Positions 13,928 to 28,089 are shown, numbered from the stretch's first letter. The stretch: DNA of 64,000 nucleotides from Eledone cirrhosa (GCA_964016885.1 OZ024754.1:10416001-10480000), one strand, 5' to 3'. The notes: generated by a model not told the origin, from the letters alone. Made by a program: numbers and translations.

Positions 13928-14262
13928 GGAGGCACATGGCTTAGTGGTTAGAGCATTGGCCTTGCAATCGAAAGGTTGTGAGTTCAATTCTCAGACCGGG
14001 TGATGTGTTGTTTCCTTGAGCAAGACACTTTATTTCACATTGCTCCAGTTTACTCAGCTGTAGAAATGAGATGATAGGGACTGAGGTCCCTATCATTCCA
14101 CTGCAAAGTGGTCGTGGAGGTGCCACGGCAAAAAAGCACCCAGTACTCACTGTAAATGAGGTTGGTGTTAGGAAGGGCATCCAGCTGTAGAAATCAAGCC
14201 AGTATCAGTTCCCGTCCCACCCTTGCAAGCAGGGAAAAAGCGGACATAAAATGAAATGAATG
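13928..14262 (+). mobile_element. CORE-SINE S1a nested in an older minus-strand S2-type SINE (about 13780-14425)
   Basis: the joined flanks match the uninterrupted element at about 55190-55465. Confidence 0.8.
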
Positions 14263-14834
14263 AAGAATTGACCCCAGTACTTGACTGGTACATTTTTATC
14301 AACCTCGAATGGATAAAAAGCCAAGTTGACCTCGGCAGGATTTGAACTCAGAGAACAGAAGAACCAAAATAAATACAGCAAAGCATTCTATCAGACATTC
14401 TAACAACTCTGCCAAGTTGCCACCAATAAACAAATAGGCATTTTAATTCCTTAGCTTCTCCCATATTTGTTACATACACTTTACATCATTCCACCACCTT
14501 CTCCCATGTTTATCATGCTTTTCTTACAGTATACAGATAGTCTTACAGTATATAGTCTCCTTTGTTCAAAAACAACAACTCTCCATCTACCATTGAAGAA
14601 GCAAGTTGTATTTCTCGACCAGCATTGTGCTTTTTATTTCTTCCATTTTTCCCCCTCCGTCTTAACAAAGAGTTACTGTCCAAAACCTCAATTTATCTTC
14701 CTTTCTGCTACAGAGCAATTACACAGACTTTGCAATCTCGTTCAATGTTTTTGTTAGGTTTATATAATGTTTTTTCTCTCCCCTGTTTTGGCTCAAGTCT
14801 TACCTGGATATTAATTACTGCACCGACACACGTT

Positions 14835-14945
14835 TACCACGGGATACCAATGGATTTTTTTCATTTCATTATTATCCGGTTAACATTTCCTGACACTGAG
14901 TATCACTGAATGGTTGGCACCATGTATGTCGATGACAAACTTTGA
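14835..14945 (+). pseudogene. possible decayed Penelope-type reverse transcriptase fragment
   Basis: GIPM(D) at 14841 and YVDD ending near 14936, about 30 codons apart, with a frameshifted VNIF-like segment between. Confidence 0.35.
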
Positions 14946-15247
14946 ATGTTATCTCATCTCTGTGAAAGCAAGAGACCAGTCAGTGATAAATCACCAGGTG
15001 ATAATATCAAACTGGCTACAGGTATCAAAGACCACAAAGATAATCCCAAAGGACAGGAAGTGAGTAAAATTTCAAATGAAGGCAATGTTAAAGTCACAGA
15101 AGAAACTTAACTGAAGGAAGTTGCAAGAACAAAAGAGTATTATTGCTTTGTAATTCCAACAACCTCATTTAAAGGCAGGGATAGGTTGGTGTGAAAGGTT
15201 ATGGGTTCAATGATGAAGATGTTAATAATTCTAATAACTATACTCTA

Positions 15248-15895
15248 ATGGCAAAAAGTACCCAGTCCACACTGTAAAGTGTTGGTTTTGGTGCCATGAT
15301 AAAAAACACCCAGTCCACACTGTAAAGTGTTGGTTTTGGTGCCATGATAAAAAACACCCAGTCCACACTGTAAAGTGGAGGTTTTGGTGCCATGATAAAA
15401 AAAACACCCAGTCCACACTGTAAAGTGGAGGTTTTGGTGCCATGATAAAAAAACACCCAGTCCACACTGTAAAGTGTTGGTTTTGGTGCCATGATAAAAA
15501 CACCCAGTCCACACTGTAAAGTGGTGGTTTCGGTGCCATGATAAAAAACACCCAGTCCACACTGTAAAGTGGTGGTTTCGGTGCCATGATAAAAAACACC
15601 CAGTCCACACTGTAAAGTGGTGGTTTCGGTGCCATGATAAAAAACACCCAGTCCACACTGTAAAGTGGTGGTTTTGGTGCCATGATAAAAAACACCCAGT
15701 CCACACTGTAAAGTGGTGGTTTCGGTGCCATGATAAAAAACACCCAGTCCACACTGTAAAGTGGTGGTTTTGGTGCCATGATAAAAAGTGCCGAATCCAA
15801 CTTGTCAAGTTAGTTGTTTTGGTGCCACAATAGAAAGCACCCAGTACACGCTGTAAATGTGGTTGGCGTTAGGCAGGGCATCTAGCCATAGAAAC
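15248..15895 (+). repeat. 48-bp minisatellite (11 units) derived from a SINE 3' region
   Basis: unit gtgccatgataaaaaacacccagtccacactgtaaagtggtggttt(t/c)g; the last unit runs into ggttggcgttaggcagggcatc, the SINE tail. Confidence 0.9.
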
Positions 15896-15932
15896 CAATA
15901 GAGCTCTTCGAATTGTCATAGTTGGAATGATT

Positions 15933-16388
15933 TTAATCCTTTCAAAACCATATTTCTAATAAAATGTACTGCTTATGAGTTACAATTGATTTTGACAACA
16001 TCCAAACATTGAGGAATTTAATAATTTAAGTTTTTCATGAATAAGCTGGTATTTAAAATATTACTAAACCCTTTAGCATTTAAACAGGCCATATCCAGCC
16101 AGAATTCTCTCACCTCTTTCTGTTCAAACCGTCTGTACTGGCCACTCCTTGATGTTAAGGTATTGTTCTCAAAATAAATCTCATAGATTTGGTATTATGT
16201 TATGTGAGATAATTATGTGAGATAAAAATATAATGGTAAATATAGAGTAATGTAAATGCTAATGGATTAAACTTTTCTCAAATAAAATTGTGATGGAAGG
16301 TATTAATATAAAGATATACATTTTAAAATGAGCAGTTTTAATGTCAAACGCAGAGCAGTTTCATTTGGTTCGGTGTTAAAAAGGTTAA
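15933..16388 (+). mobile_element. TTAA MITE family M2 with nested M1 MITE (16065-16270)
   Basis: outer parts match the uninterrupted copy at 27148-27373. Confidence 0.7.
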
Positions 16389-16621
16389 TTATAGGAATGT
16401 TCAGAAAGAGTTAACATTGGTTTGAATAACAATAGGCGCATTCAGTTTGCAGACCCCTTATATTCCATCTAATCCTGTTCAACTGCTGACATCAACACCT
16501 TTAAAATCAGTTCTAAATACTTTCTCCGGCTCTATTTAACCTCTACTCTGCTTTCATTTACTCTGTAATCTCTGCTTTAACACTCTCTAACTTGGATACT
16601 TCAATTATAGCTTCAACCAAC

Positions 16622-16663
<42 letters not shown>

Positions 16664-16730
16664 TGTACGTGTGTGTTATATATATATATATACATAGTTA
16701 AAAGAATAGAGGTGTAACACACAAGTTATT

Positions 16731-17045
16731 ATATATTGGTAAACGGAATAGAAAATGCTGACAAATTGTTCACAGTTGAAAAATGGTTTAATTAGGAATA
16801 AAAGAGTATTAGTGATTGTATGGGTTAGTATTCAGTTGTGGTTTTAAGAGCAAACAGCATGGACACTCTATCTCAAAATTATTTTTGAAAAGCATTTAGA
16901 AATGCGCAACCGGTAAAAACTTAAAAACTTTAAACCACAACTGAATACTAACCCATACAATCACTAATACTCTTTTATTCCTAATTAAACCATTTTTCAA
17001 CTGTGAACAATTTGTCAGCATTTTCTATTCCGTTTACCAATATAT
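16731..17045. repeat. palindrome with about 118-bp arms, flanked by a 28-bp direct repeat
   Basis: arms 16731-16848 / 16928-17045; atacacacacatgtacgtgtgtgttata at 16653 and 17060. Confidence 0.95.
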
Positions 17046-17082
17046 ATACATATATATACATACACACACATGTACGTGTGTG

Positions 17083-17126
<44 letters not shown>

Positions 17127-17972
17127 GTCTCTGTTATAGATTTACATAGAGAATAAACATATCTAAATTAGTTCAAGAATGAAAGAAAAAAATACCAGTG
17201 TTTGTTTGAAAGCAATAGTGGAGATCTTATCTAGAAGTTTACATAAATGACAGGTATAGCAAAATATAACAAATTAAGGAAACAGAGATTGGTGATGTCA
17301 TGTGCAATGACTGCGTGTATAATGATAGGCTAAAAACTGGTCAGAAGATATCTCTAGGTAATTGTCATTGTATAGACATATCAGTCTATACTGTGTCATA
17401 GAATAGAAACTTACTCTGAAACAGCTAGTTTGGATGACAGCTGTCTTTCATGATGTCACAGAAGAAGTTGTAGTTTAGGCTGTTCTCAGCTAATGCAGAA
17501 TTATCTTTCATTTGTATATACAGAAACTTTATTTTTCTCTTTTGTTATGGAGTAAATACCAGATTTTGTTTCTAGAGGCAGATATTGAGGAAGTTTACCA
17601 ACACTGACACGTGACAAAGATATAGGACTATGATAGACAAATAATATTTCCACTACTTGGCCAATGTCAACTAAAAATATCTCTCTATAGACAATATATG
17701 TTGTGTTGTATTAAAGAAAATAGGCAAATTTGAACTAAATCATGCAATAAATATACATCAACATTTCGAGGAAGGAAAGCAAATCATTGAAGTTCAACTT
17801 CTGAATATAACACCTACATACAAAACACAAAAGAGTTGCTCTATACACTGCCTTACTCAAAAACACACACAGTCTACAAATCACCATTTCAAACTATGTC
17901 ACACATATATAGAAAATATAACAGTTCTATATAGTTATACAGGTAACATGAGAGTAGCTCTGTAGTAGCTTG

Positions 17973-18017
<45 letters not shown>

Positions 18018-18197
18018 TAATAATAATAAATTTGAAGACTAAAATTCAAAGAGGGCTCGATAAGGATAAATATATATCAAATATATAAGAACCCTAGAGT
18101 ATATATATATATATATATATATGCCAAATCAACCTCCCAAATGCAAGGTGATTGAAAGGTATGTCGTATCTATTTATTTATAAGACTGTTTATATTG

Positions 18198-18263
18198 TAT
18201 TTTGTCTGAAGAAGGCATAACATATTGTTAATATGATATCCCTGAAATATATATAACGAAATA
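18198..18263 (+). ncRNA. minimal type I hammerhead ribozyme (family B)
   Basis: uauuuugu CUGAAGA [hairpin] GAAA uauaua UA acgaaaua. Confidence 0.7.
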
Positions 18264-19031
18264 AATATGGTTTTATAAATATAGTTTCCATTTATTTAAT
18301 ATCATATATATATATACATACATACATACATACATACATACATACATACATACATACATACATACATACACATATGTACTGTCTGCCAGTGAAGATCTGT
18401 ATATATACTTCCATAGACATAAAGTCTGCAACCTTATATATGAATCACAGAATAGGAAGAGATATTTCTGAAAGGTTTCCATAAGTTTTAAGCAGCATAC
18501 CTATAATTCCCAAAGGATTTTCTGCAACAGTAAAAACGGTTGGAATATTACTAAACAAGTTGTTCTCCTATTTTCACACTTATCTAAGATTTGGTGATAA
18601 TAAAGTTGACAGCAGCCCAGAAAATTCCTAACTAAAATATTTATGTTGACAAATAATAATGAATATTCAATGGAAATTCTGTGCTGGATATTTCTCAGTG
18701 TTTATTCTCCACAGTACCACCATTTCTGTTCATTCATTCAATGATTAATAATTCCTATGTATTCATATACACACACACAAAAAAAAACAGTCATGGCAAG
18801 ACTAGGAGGGTAAAAAAATAGCAACAAATTTAAGCAATTATTCATCCTAGATGTATTTATTTTTGAAATATTTCCTGCAGGGTTGTTTCTTTTCTTTTTA
18901 TTACTTGTATTCTTTGGTAGAGGAGGGGTGTGGGGGGGGTGTTCAAGAGAACTAACAATCATAAAGCTGACGGAATATCTCAGCTATAAACACCTTTGTT
19001 GAAGTTATACACATTTTATTCCTTCAGCATA

Positions 19032-19383
19032 TGTGTTAAATTTGTTCTTTAACATTATCATGTAACTATATTATTCACTGCTGAAAATCCTCCACAAATG
19101 TATTACACATTTAATACAGATTGTGTTAAATTTGTTCTTTAACATTATCATGTAACTATATTATTCACTGCTGAAAATCCTCCACAAATGTATTACACAT
19201 TTAATACAGATTGTGTTAAATTTGTTCTTTAACATTATCATGTAACTATATTATTCACTGCTGAAAATCCTCCACAAATGTATTACACATTTAATACAGA
19301 TTGTGTTAAATTTGTTCTTTAACATTATCGTGTAACCAAATTATTCACTGAACATTCTCTGCAAACACATTACACATTTAATA
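19032..19383. repeat. 90-bp tandem repeat, 3 identical units plus 1 diverged
   Basis: tgtgttaaatttgttctttaac at 19032, 19122, 19212 and 19302. Confidence 0.95.
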
Positions 19384-20439
19384 CTTCAAATAAAAAGATT
19401 TCTGTTTACCAAACGTTTGATGAAATAGTTAGAATCTAGTGGGAATTAAATCAAACAGCGCCTGCAGCACATTATAGTGAAAATCTCATCTGTATTGTTC
19501 ACCTGTCAAAAAGAGGATTTCTACTGAACTGAAGACCAAAATTCAATGACTTGGCTCATTCACTGGGGATCATTGAAGAACTCCAATAATAAATATAAAC
19601 TTTGACAGAGATGCCATCACAGAACATCTGTGTAGGTTATCTCGATTTAGGGACAAACCAATAATGCAATTCAGCAATCACTATTCCAAAAATAAAATGA
19701 CAGGTAAATTTAGAAATATACCTTTCTTTGTAAGATTGCCATGTTCTTCTATATATACCATGCAGTTTTTCCCAACTATTTTCCTAATTTAATTTCTAGG
19801 TGCATGGTATATCCCATAATTAAATGTTTATACAGTAGAACCACAGTTCAGTTCATGAACTTAATTCACCATCTGAAGGCTGTTCGTCATCTGAAATGTT
19901 TGTAAACCAAAACTATTTTTCCCCATACACAATGTTGAGATAGAAATAGTGTGAGAGAGAGAGACTGTGCGTGAAAGACAAATAGATATCATTATAGTAA
20001 CTAACTACACAGCAAGTGACACTTTCCCACTGATACTCCCAGCTTGTTGCCAACCATTGTTGCTGGCTTGCATGTTCATTATTCGAGACATATTATATTC
20101 AGAAATATAGTTTGTGAACTGATTTATTTGTGATGAGAGAGGTTTGTGAATGAAGGTTCCACTGTACACAAAAACTAGGCTTTTCCAGACATTTTTCTGG
20201 TCCAAAAGGTGTGCGCTTTATATATGAATGTAAGCATTACATGGAAGATTATAGTAATATAGATGAAACAAATTGATCAATCAGTGATAGGAAAGATTAA
20301 TTTATGTCAATGATTGATGTTGCTACATTTGCTATAGTTTAAATTTCCAATACTCTCACAAAACTGTTCTACTAGCAATAAGATGGATCTTTTTTATATA
20401 TATATATGTTATAATATACATATAATGTAAATAAATAAC

Positions 20440-20650
20440 GGTTTCTGATTTAAGCTCAAGGCTAACAATTTGTGGGAGGGGAGAGTTGATTAAATCAACC
20501 CAAGTTTAATACTGGTACTTTATTTTATTGATCCAGTGAGAATGAAAGGTAAAGCTAACCTCGGTGGTATTTAAACTCAGAAGGTAAAGGGTCGTAACTA
20601 TATGCTGCAAAGCATGTTGTCCAATGCTTTATTGATATTGCCAATCCACC
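20440..20650 (-). mobile_element. S2 SINE, diverged
   Basis: actggtactttattttattg...aactcagaagg. Confidence 0.7.
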
Positions 20651-20879
20651 CCCAAAAAATTACTAAATTTCTTCACATGAAACACACACCTGGGACAAGG
20701 TGATAAAACACACACCTGGGACAAGGTGATAAAAAATGACCTTCCTCACTTACACCTCTCTAAGACAATGTCACTAGATCGAGATCTTTGGGGCTATGTA
20801 GTTGTACAGAAGACCCGACTGCCATTGCATACAAACCTACAGTCAGTAAGCACCTCTTAACCCAATCTACCCCTACTCC

Positions 20880-21150
20880 ATCCACTGTAAAGGGGTTGTG
20901 TAGGTGACTCGACAAAAAGCACCCAGTCCACACTGTAAAATGGTGATGTAGGAGACATTAAAAAGGCACCCCAGTCCACACTGTAAATGTGGTTGGTGTT
21001 AGGAAGAGCATCTAGCCGTAGAAAAGCTACCAGAAGTAGTTCTGTATGAGCAAGATACAGTCTTCCGACCAATCTCGCCTCAAGTGGGACAAGCCCATCC
21101 AACCCATGCTAGCATGGAAGATGGACATTAAACAACGATGATGATGATGA
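20880..21150 (+). mobile_element. SINE/LINE 3' end with (GAT)n tail
   Basis: ggttggtgttaggaag...atggacattaaacaacgatgatgat; relatives at 32715-32970, 34305-34470, 42572-42735(-), 53200-53265(-) and 56355-56530(-). Confidence 0.75.
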
Positions 21151-22989
21151 CGAGACATACACACACACGCACGCAACTATATTATGTGTTCCAGCCAACA
21201 GTTGGTTGCACCAGTCAACTTTTAGATGACAACAGACAATGGGAAAAGATTCATGTTTAAAACCCGACTAAACTGTGATGTATAAGATTTGTCCATAGTG
21301 ATATATTTTTCACTACATTGACACCAGCAATGGAAATAGGCTTGTTAACTCCTTTTCTTCAATGTATCTATTACAGTCATTTCTTTAGAAGTATCAAGCT
21401 CACTACAACTGCAGTGGTGTGCCTTCACGTACTACTCTGCTATCACTAACAACAAACTATTCAAGTTGTTTTCATAATTTCTGTCATCCAAACATTAACT
21501 CAAATGACTGCAGCAGACATATTTTCACACCTTCCTCTTAGATCTATTTAACCTGTCCAAACCCTTACTTTTCCAGGTCACACAAGCCCATTTATCATTT
21601 TGATATCTTGTCTGCTTGCATGACTGCCAGCAATGCTGGATAACTACTCTAAACAAATATATCCCCTGAAAGCTACTTTCTGCACAAACATAACACAGCA
21701 TGCTATAATGGACTTTGACATTAAATAGACTCCAAAAAGAACAAAAATTTCTTTGCACTTGTGATTACAATAAATCAGACTCTACAAACAACATTTACTC
21801 ATTTAACTCCTGATGACCATTTACTTGTGACATTCTATTGACCTATTAAGAGCACACTGTCCCCCAAACATACCAAACATACTCTCCATACAATATCAAA
21901 TATTCTTTTTCTCCTTTACTTTCATCAAAGCAATCTATCACTTTACTCTCTTCTTAGTTCAGCTACATACACAGACACACACATACCAACATATTCGTCA
22001 GTAGAAGTAAAGTCATCTACTTCAGAATGACACAATATATCTACCATTTTGAAGAGCTAGTGCTGCTATACAACAGAGGAGCTGTGTGCTAAATTTTGTT
22101 CTAAACTTTGATTATCAGCCTATCTCTAAGATTTGAATCAAACTAAGCTACTGAACTATTTGCCATCACTTAACACCAATTCACACTTATCAATCAGTAT
22201 AAGAATTATCAACAAACTGACATTAAACCTGCCTTCTTGAGATCCACATCAGATATTATATCAATTAAAGTCAATTCACAGCTTCTAAATATATTGATAA
22301 TAGTCTGTAACGTTAACTGCTCTGACCATTAGTTCTGACTTTAATGCCACTAGTCAATACACTTGCCAATATAGTAAAGTGGGTCTAATGCAGGACAGTA
22401 AAAAGAAAATATTTTCTACAAATCTAACTAATTTGCACTAACCTTACTGACAGCTTTAACTGTAAACGAGGTAAACTCCCCTAAAAATAGCATGTATTAT
22501 ATATATAACTACGATATCCAAATTGGGAAAGCCATCATTAGTGAATGTAAAAGGTGATGAAAGTGAAGGATGTTCATGTGTTAAAGCTGATTAAGATTAA
22601 ATAGATCAAACATTAGTTGTAAATATTGGTAATAATAAAACTATAATAACAGCAATAATGACAGCAATTACTTCATAACAATATTAATAATGGTTACTTA
22701 CATTATTAGTGTTAGTTCAGAAACTTATATGATACCAGTATTAGAGTCAATTAAATTGATACATTTTATTGACACTGGAGACTGGAAAGGGATGTGACTA
22801 AATACCACAAGGTATTTTGACCAAAGCTACGCTAATTTTTCTATCTACAACCTTTGGAACAATATCAATAACAAGAGTCAGACATTTTGAGAGAAAGACA
22901 AAGCTGTTGTAACAATCATATTTTAAAAGCATTATAGTAATGTGAGTCCATTCTAACAACAAATAGAAACTACCATATTTTATAGTATA

Positions 22990-23804
22990 CTAGCAGTAAA
23001 GCCCGGCGTTGCTCGGGGTCGCTCAGTAGCTGTGTTAAAGTTACAATGTTAAGTTTCTTTTTTGGCTTAAAAACTGTAGTGTCTACTGTGCAGACTTGCA
23101 TGTGGTGTTTTTGATTAATATTCCCTCAACCAACAATATGCCTTATGAAGTTAAGAAAACATAACGATAACCCGAATGTTATAACAAAAGAGGATGCTGG
23201 GGATAAAAACTGCACTGGTTATTTATTAACAAAGATCGAAAATGTAAACACTGCAACGCAGAGAAAAACATTAGCGTAACCAAATTATCAGTTATGTCTG
23301 TCTGCACGCCTATATCACCTCTCTGCACGACTGTCTGTCTGCACGCCTGAAATATTTGCTTGTTTTACGTAGTCTTTAAATAGACTTGTTTTCAAGTAAA
23401 AATATTGTTTTAAAATGCTTTTAAATGGAAATGAAGCAAAACGGAAGCTTAGTATTCGAACTGATGAATTTTGCAGGTCAATATTTTGCTGGCTCGACAA
23501 CTGTTCGTGTATTGTGTGAATGTCATTTTAAACGCTGAGAAAGCCAGCGTAATTTTTTACGTAAGACGCTCAATGTAAACAGAACAAAGGGAAATAACTG
23601 ATAACTTACGCTCAAAAATCGATACATTATATTCGATTTCGTCACATAGGGTGGGTCAATTTGAAATATTTTTTTTCCGATGTCTTCGCTAGGGCTCAAT
23701 GTACAAGTATAGCAATTTCGGTGCAATTCCGTCAGAGATTCTAAGAGGAGATGTGTGCCAAAAATCGATAGACAGACAGACAACCACAGTTTTATATATA
23801 TAGA
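22990..23804 (-). mobile_element. non-autonomous Helitron
   Basis: minus strand starts A|TCtatatatataaaac and ends CTAG|T, with subterminal hairpin cccgagcaacgccggg; inserted in an AT dinucleotide; CpG-richer than flanks. Confidence 0.85.
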
Positions 23805-24234
23805 TAACACAGTTTTTGTCAAAAAAATAGAGGGGAGAGCTAAAAAATTATTTTTCTTTAACTGAAAAGTAATATTTTCTTTCCCTTCCTCTCATCATGT
23901 TGAGTAAGACTAATGATGAAGTTATTATAAACGACCAGTAACTATGGTTTTCATGTATTCATGGTTAGCAGGTATTTTCATTGTAAAAGACTTCTGTTGT
24001 GCTTATCTGCTGCTTTATGTTGAATGGAAAATATTAGAAGCTTACGTTTTGTAAAATGTTTGTTTGTTATAGCTAAGCAAGCTTTTGCATGTATTCACAT
24101 AAAATATTTAAATTGTAAACAACTTCTTTCAAACCAATATTTTCCATCCCAATATTTAGTTATATCCACTAACAGTTTGGTGTGAACATGCCAAATACGA
24201 TATTTTAATTGTAAATTAGACAGAAAAATATCAA

Positions 24235-24670
24235 ATGACAATATTCCAGACATTATTTGCTTACCAGGTGAGGTGGAACTCCTCATCAAACCTGACCAAG
24301 GAAACAATGTTTCCATTGGTCTTTCCATTGCTGATACTATCTACTGCTTGCAACTCCTGACAGAAAGTACAATATGAAATAAAGTGTCTTGCTCAAGAAC
24401 ACAATGTAACACCAGGAATCAAACTGTATATATACATATGTATAAGGTGATCAACAAGATCCCAAACTTCATTCACTTACTGAGTGGGGCGAAACTTGTC
24501 AATGTTTCTATTGGTCTTTCCATTGCTGATACTATCTACTGGTCGCAACCCCTGGCAGAAAGGGCAGCATGAAATAAAGTGTCTTGCTGAAGGACATAAC
24601 ACATCACATAGACCAGGAATCGAACAAACAACCTCATAATTGTGATACCAATTCTCTAACCGCTAAGCCT
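24235..24670 (-). mobile_element. two tandem SINEs with a third 3' tail (S1c)
   Basis: reverse complement of 59010-59255. Confidence 0.7.
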
Positions 24671-25129
24671 ACACTGTAAATTACTTATTTCAAATATCCA
24701 CTTTTCCATGATAAAGAAAAATGCACATTCTAATTTTACTTTCTTAAACCAGAATGCAATAAAAAACAAATTTAGTTTACTTAAAATACAACAAAAACAT
24801 TTTCTTTTTTTCCCAATCTAAATATTGTGTAGTGAAATAGGGATGCATCGTATATGCTATAAAATAGAAGTCGTGAACTCAGTTCACCAAGAACACTATT
24901 ATTGATATCTAACTTAAAAACAATGCTATTAGTTTATGTGCATGAGACACAGTGTATTCTTATCATTACAATATATTATGTGTACTGCATGTTGCTGGTA
25001 TCATCCTTCATCCAACAGTTCTATGATTAAAAGACGACCAGCTGTGACCATCTTGATAAAATAGCTACTCTTTCTATTTCTCACTTTCCTTCTCTCATAT
25101 ATATATGCCTCATTTTATGCACAGACGTG

Positions 25130-25188
<59 letters not shown>

Positions 25189-25354
25189 CCCATGCCAGTG
25201 CGGAAGATGGATGTTAAACGATGATGATAAATATATATGCATCATTTTATACACACATACATACTCATGTGTGTATAATATTTATTTGTGCTTGTGTGTG
25301 TGTGTATCTGTGTGTATATATATATATAAATATAACTATCATCATCATCAACAT

Positions 25355-25688
25355 CATTTCATTTTACGTCCGCTTTTTCCCTGCTTGCAAGGGTGGGACC
25401 GGAACTGATTCTGGCTTGATTTCTACAGCTGGATGCCCTTCCTAACACCAACCTCATTTACAGTGAGTGCTGGGTGCTTTTTTGCCGTGGCACCTCCACG
25501 ACCACTTTACAGTGGAATGATATGGACCTCAGTCCCTATCATCTCATTTCTACAGCTGAGTAAACTGGAGCAATGTGAAATAAAGTGTCTTGCTCAAGGG
25601 AACAACATATCACGCGGTCTGAGAATTGAACTCACCACCTTTTGATTGCAAGGCCAATGCTCTAACCCCTAAGCCATGTGCCTCCAAC
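25355..25688 (-). mobile_element. CORE-SINE S1a, full length
   Basis: reverse complement of 13928-14262. Confidence 0.85.
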
Positions 25689-25877
25689 TATGTATATACA
25701 AAAATAAATAATATATATATATATACACATATACATATATATACATATACATATATATATATACACATATACATATATATACATATACATATATATACAT
25801 ATGCATATACATATATATACATATGCATATATACATATACATATATATACATATGCATATATACATATACATATACT

Positions 25878-25923
<46 letters not shown>

Positions 25924-27147
25924 ATATTATATATAGTGCAAATGTCCGATTGACAAAGCATACTCCTTTATAAACATGACAATGAAGACAAGTCAAATTT
26001 AGGCGATCAACAGTTAATTAATATCACAGAATCTCTACGCCAGTGGCTAATTAGTCAGTGAAGTAGAGATGCTGTGAAGAGATGATCCAAAAGGTTGAAC
26101 TTGGTCGCTTAGTGATAAACTGTAATGAAGCAGATTCTTCCGAAGTCTTGGAGAATTCAGAAACACACTTCTCATTGGAATTTTGTTTGATATTGAATAA
26201 AGTAACAATAGCACACATCCCACCCACTCCTCATACACACACATACACACACACACATCCCACCCACACACACAAACACATCCCACACACTCCTCAAAAA
26301 AATTTGACCTCTCAGTAACTTTTGGGTTGGCCACACATTAAATAAAACCAAAGAATGTCTTTAAGATTCCTGGCAATATGGCATCGGAGGTGCAATTGAA
26401 GGTTATATATCAAAGAGAATACTATCGTTGATACAATGTAATTTGGTACCTGTGATCAGCTCTACAAAGAAGAAATGGAAGGAGAGAGAGAAGCCATGAC
26501 AAGATAGGAAAAAAAAAATGGAGAAAATAAATTTGGTAAAATTAGTTGAACAAAAAAACAGTTAGAAAAATAACAGAATTGGATAATAAGAAAGTTCAAG
26601 AAGCAGTATGGTGAAAAATAAATAAGAGAGATGATATAAGACTGAAAGAAGAATGAGAAATTGCAGTAAACGGAGGAAAATATGATTTTAAAAAATAACT
26701 GTAAAAAAAAAAAAAAATCAAAGGAAAATAATAGATAATGAAAACAAAAAGGAATAAACAAAGAAAATAAGACATGAAAAACCTCAAAATATAAAAAAAA
26801 AAAAACAATCAATAATAAAATAAAATAAGACATTAAAAACTTACAAAATCTCAGAACGTTAAAATTTGACAAGACATGAAGGTGAGAGGATCAAAAGTGA
26901 AATAAAGAGAGACAGGCAAGAGAGAGGGGTAGGGTCGGTGGTAGAGAGAGAAGAAATAAGATTATGAACGAAAGAAAGAAAGAATATGCATCTAAAAGAA
27001 TGTTTGTAGTAAAGGAAAGAAAAACTCAAAGCGTCTATTTCATTTTGTGAGGAAACTTTTGTGAACTGGATCAGAGATTTATTCAACGCCAAGTGATTCT
27101 CACAAGCACGGAATTTTTTCTTTTTTAGCTCCTCGTTAATTTGCATA

Positions 27148-27373
27148 TTAACCCTTTCACGACCATATTTCTAATGAAATACACTGCTTTTTAATTAATT
27201 AATGAAGAATTTTGAGGGATTTACTAAAATTATTAATTCTTTCATTATTAAGATATTAACTTAACATATCATGTTGGGAAATTTTAATTTAAATTGAAAC
27301 CCTTTAAAAAGGGTGGTGTTTTGTTTTATAGAACTGGGGGTGGTTTTGAGGGGGTGGGTATAAAAAGGGTTAA
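27148..27373 (+). mobile_element. TTAA piggyBac-like MITE (family M2)
   Basis: TTAA-cccttt...aaaggg-TTAA. Confidence 0.8.
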
Positions 27374-28089
27374 ATTTCTGGAAATAGCCAAACAGAACAA
27401 GATGGTATCAGAAATGGATGAGAGATAAAAGTTGTGAACAAATTAACAATATATCACTGTATTGATTATAGAAGTGGAACCACCTTGCTATCATATATAA
27501 CAAATAATCAATCACCTGGTTATCATATAACGATCAATCACATTGCTACATGCAACTATTAGAAAAATATTAGCAATTAAAACCGAGAAGAATGTCATTT
27601 CACACTTTTAACTGATAATTTTCTAGTGTAAAAATGGTGGCAAAATGAAAATGGTTGAAATGAAATATAACTATAAATTGTTGTTTCTGCTATTATTGTT
27701 GTTTATCTCTGGGTCAGCTCTCATTGAGCAGACCTATGAACAAAGACCTCTCAGCTATGACCACCCTATTTATTCATATGTGATGTCTCTAAGACCATCT
27801 AATGAGAATTTTAACACAGTAGGGTGTGGTATCTCATACCTATTTTTAGCATGTTGGCTGACCACATAGGGGTTCTTCTCATCAGCTTTGGACTTATAGC
27901 AAGGAATGAGAAAACAGATACCCTCTGCCTTTGCTAAGGAAAAGTTTGGAGCAACAGAATACCAGGTAATGTTTCCCGAAATTCACCAACACCACACCTG
28001 ATATTCCCCCTCCATACACACACATTCAGGTATCTTGTGTGTGTACCATGACTCATACACTGTTCACTTTCCTGACATTTGCACATTAT

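Noticed and set aside
21480-21900. Possible old LINE remnants (also about 17600-17950, 60000-60370, 61780-61960)
   Set aside because: Too decayed to assign by eye
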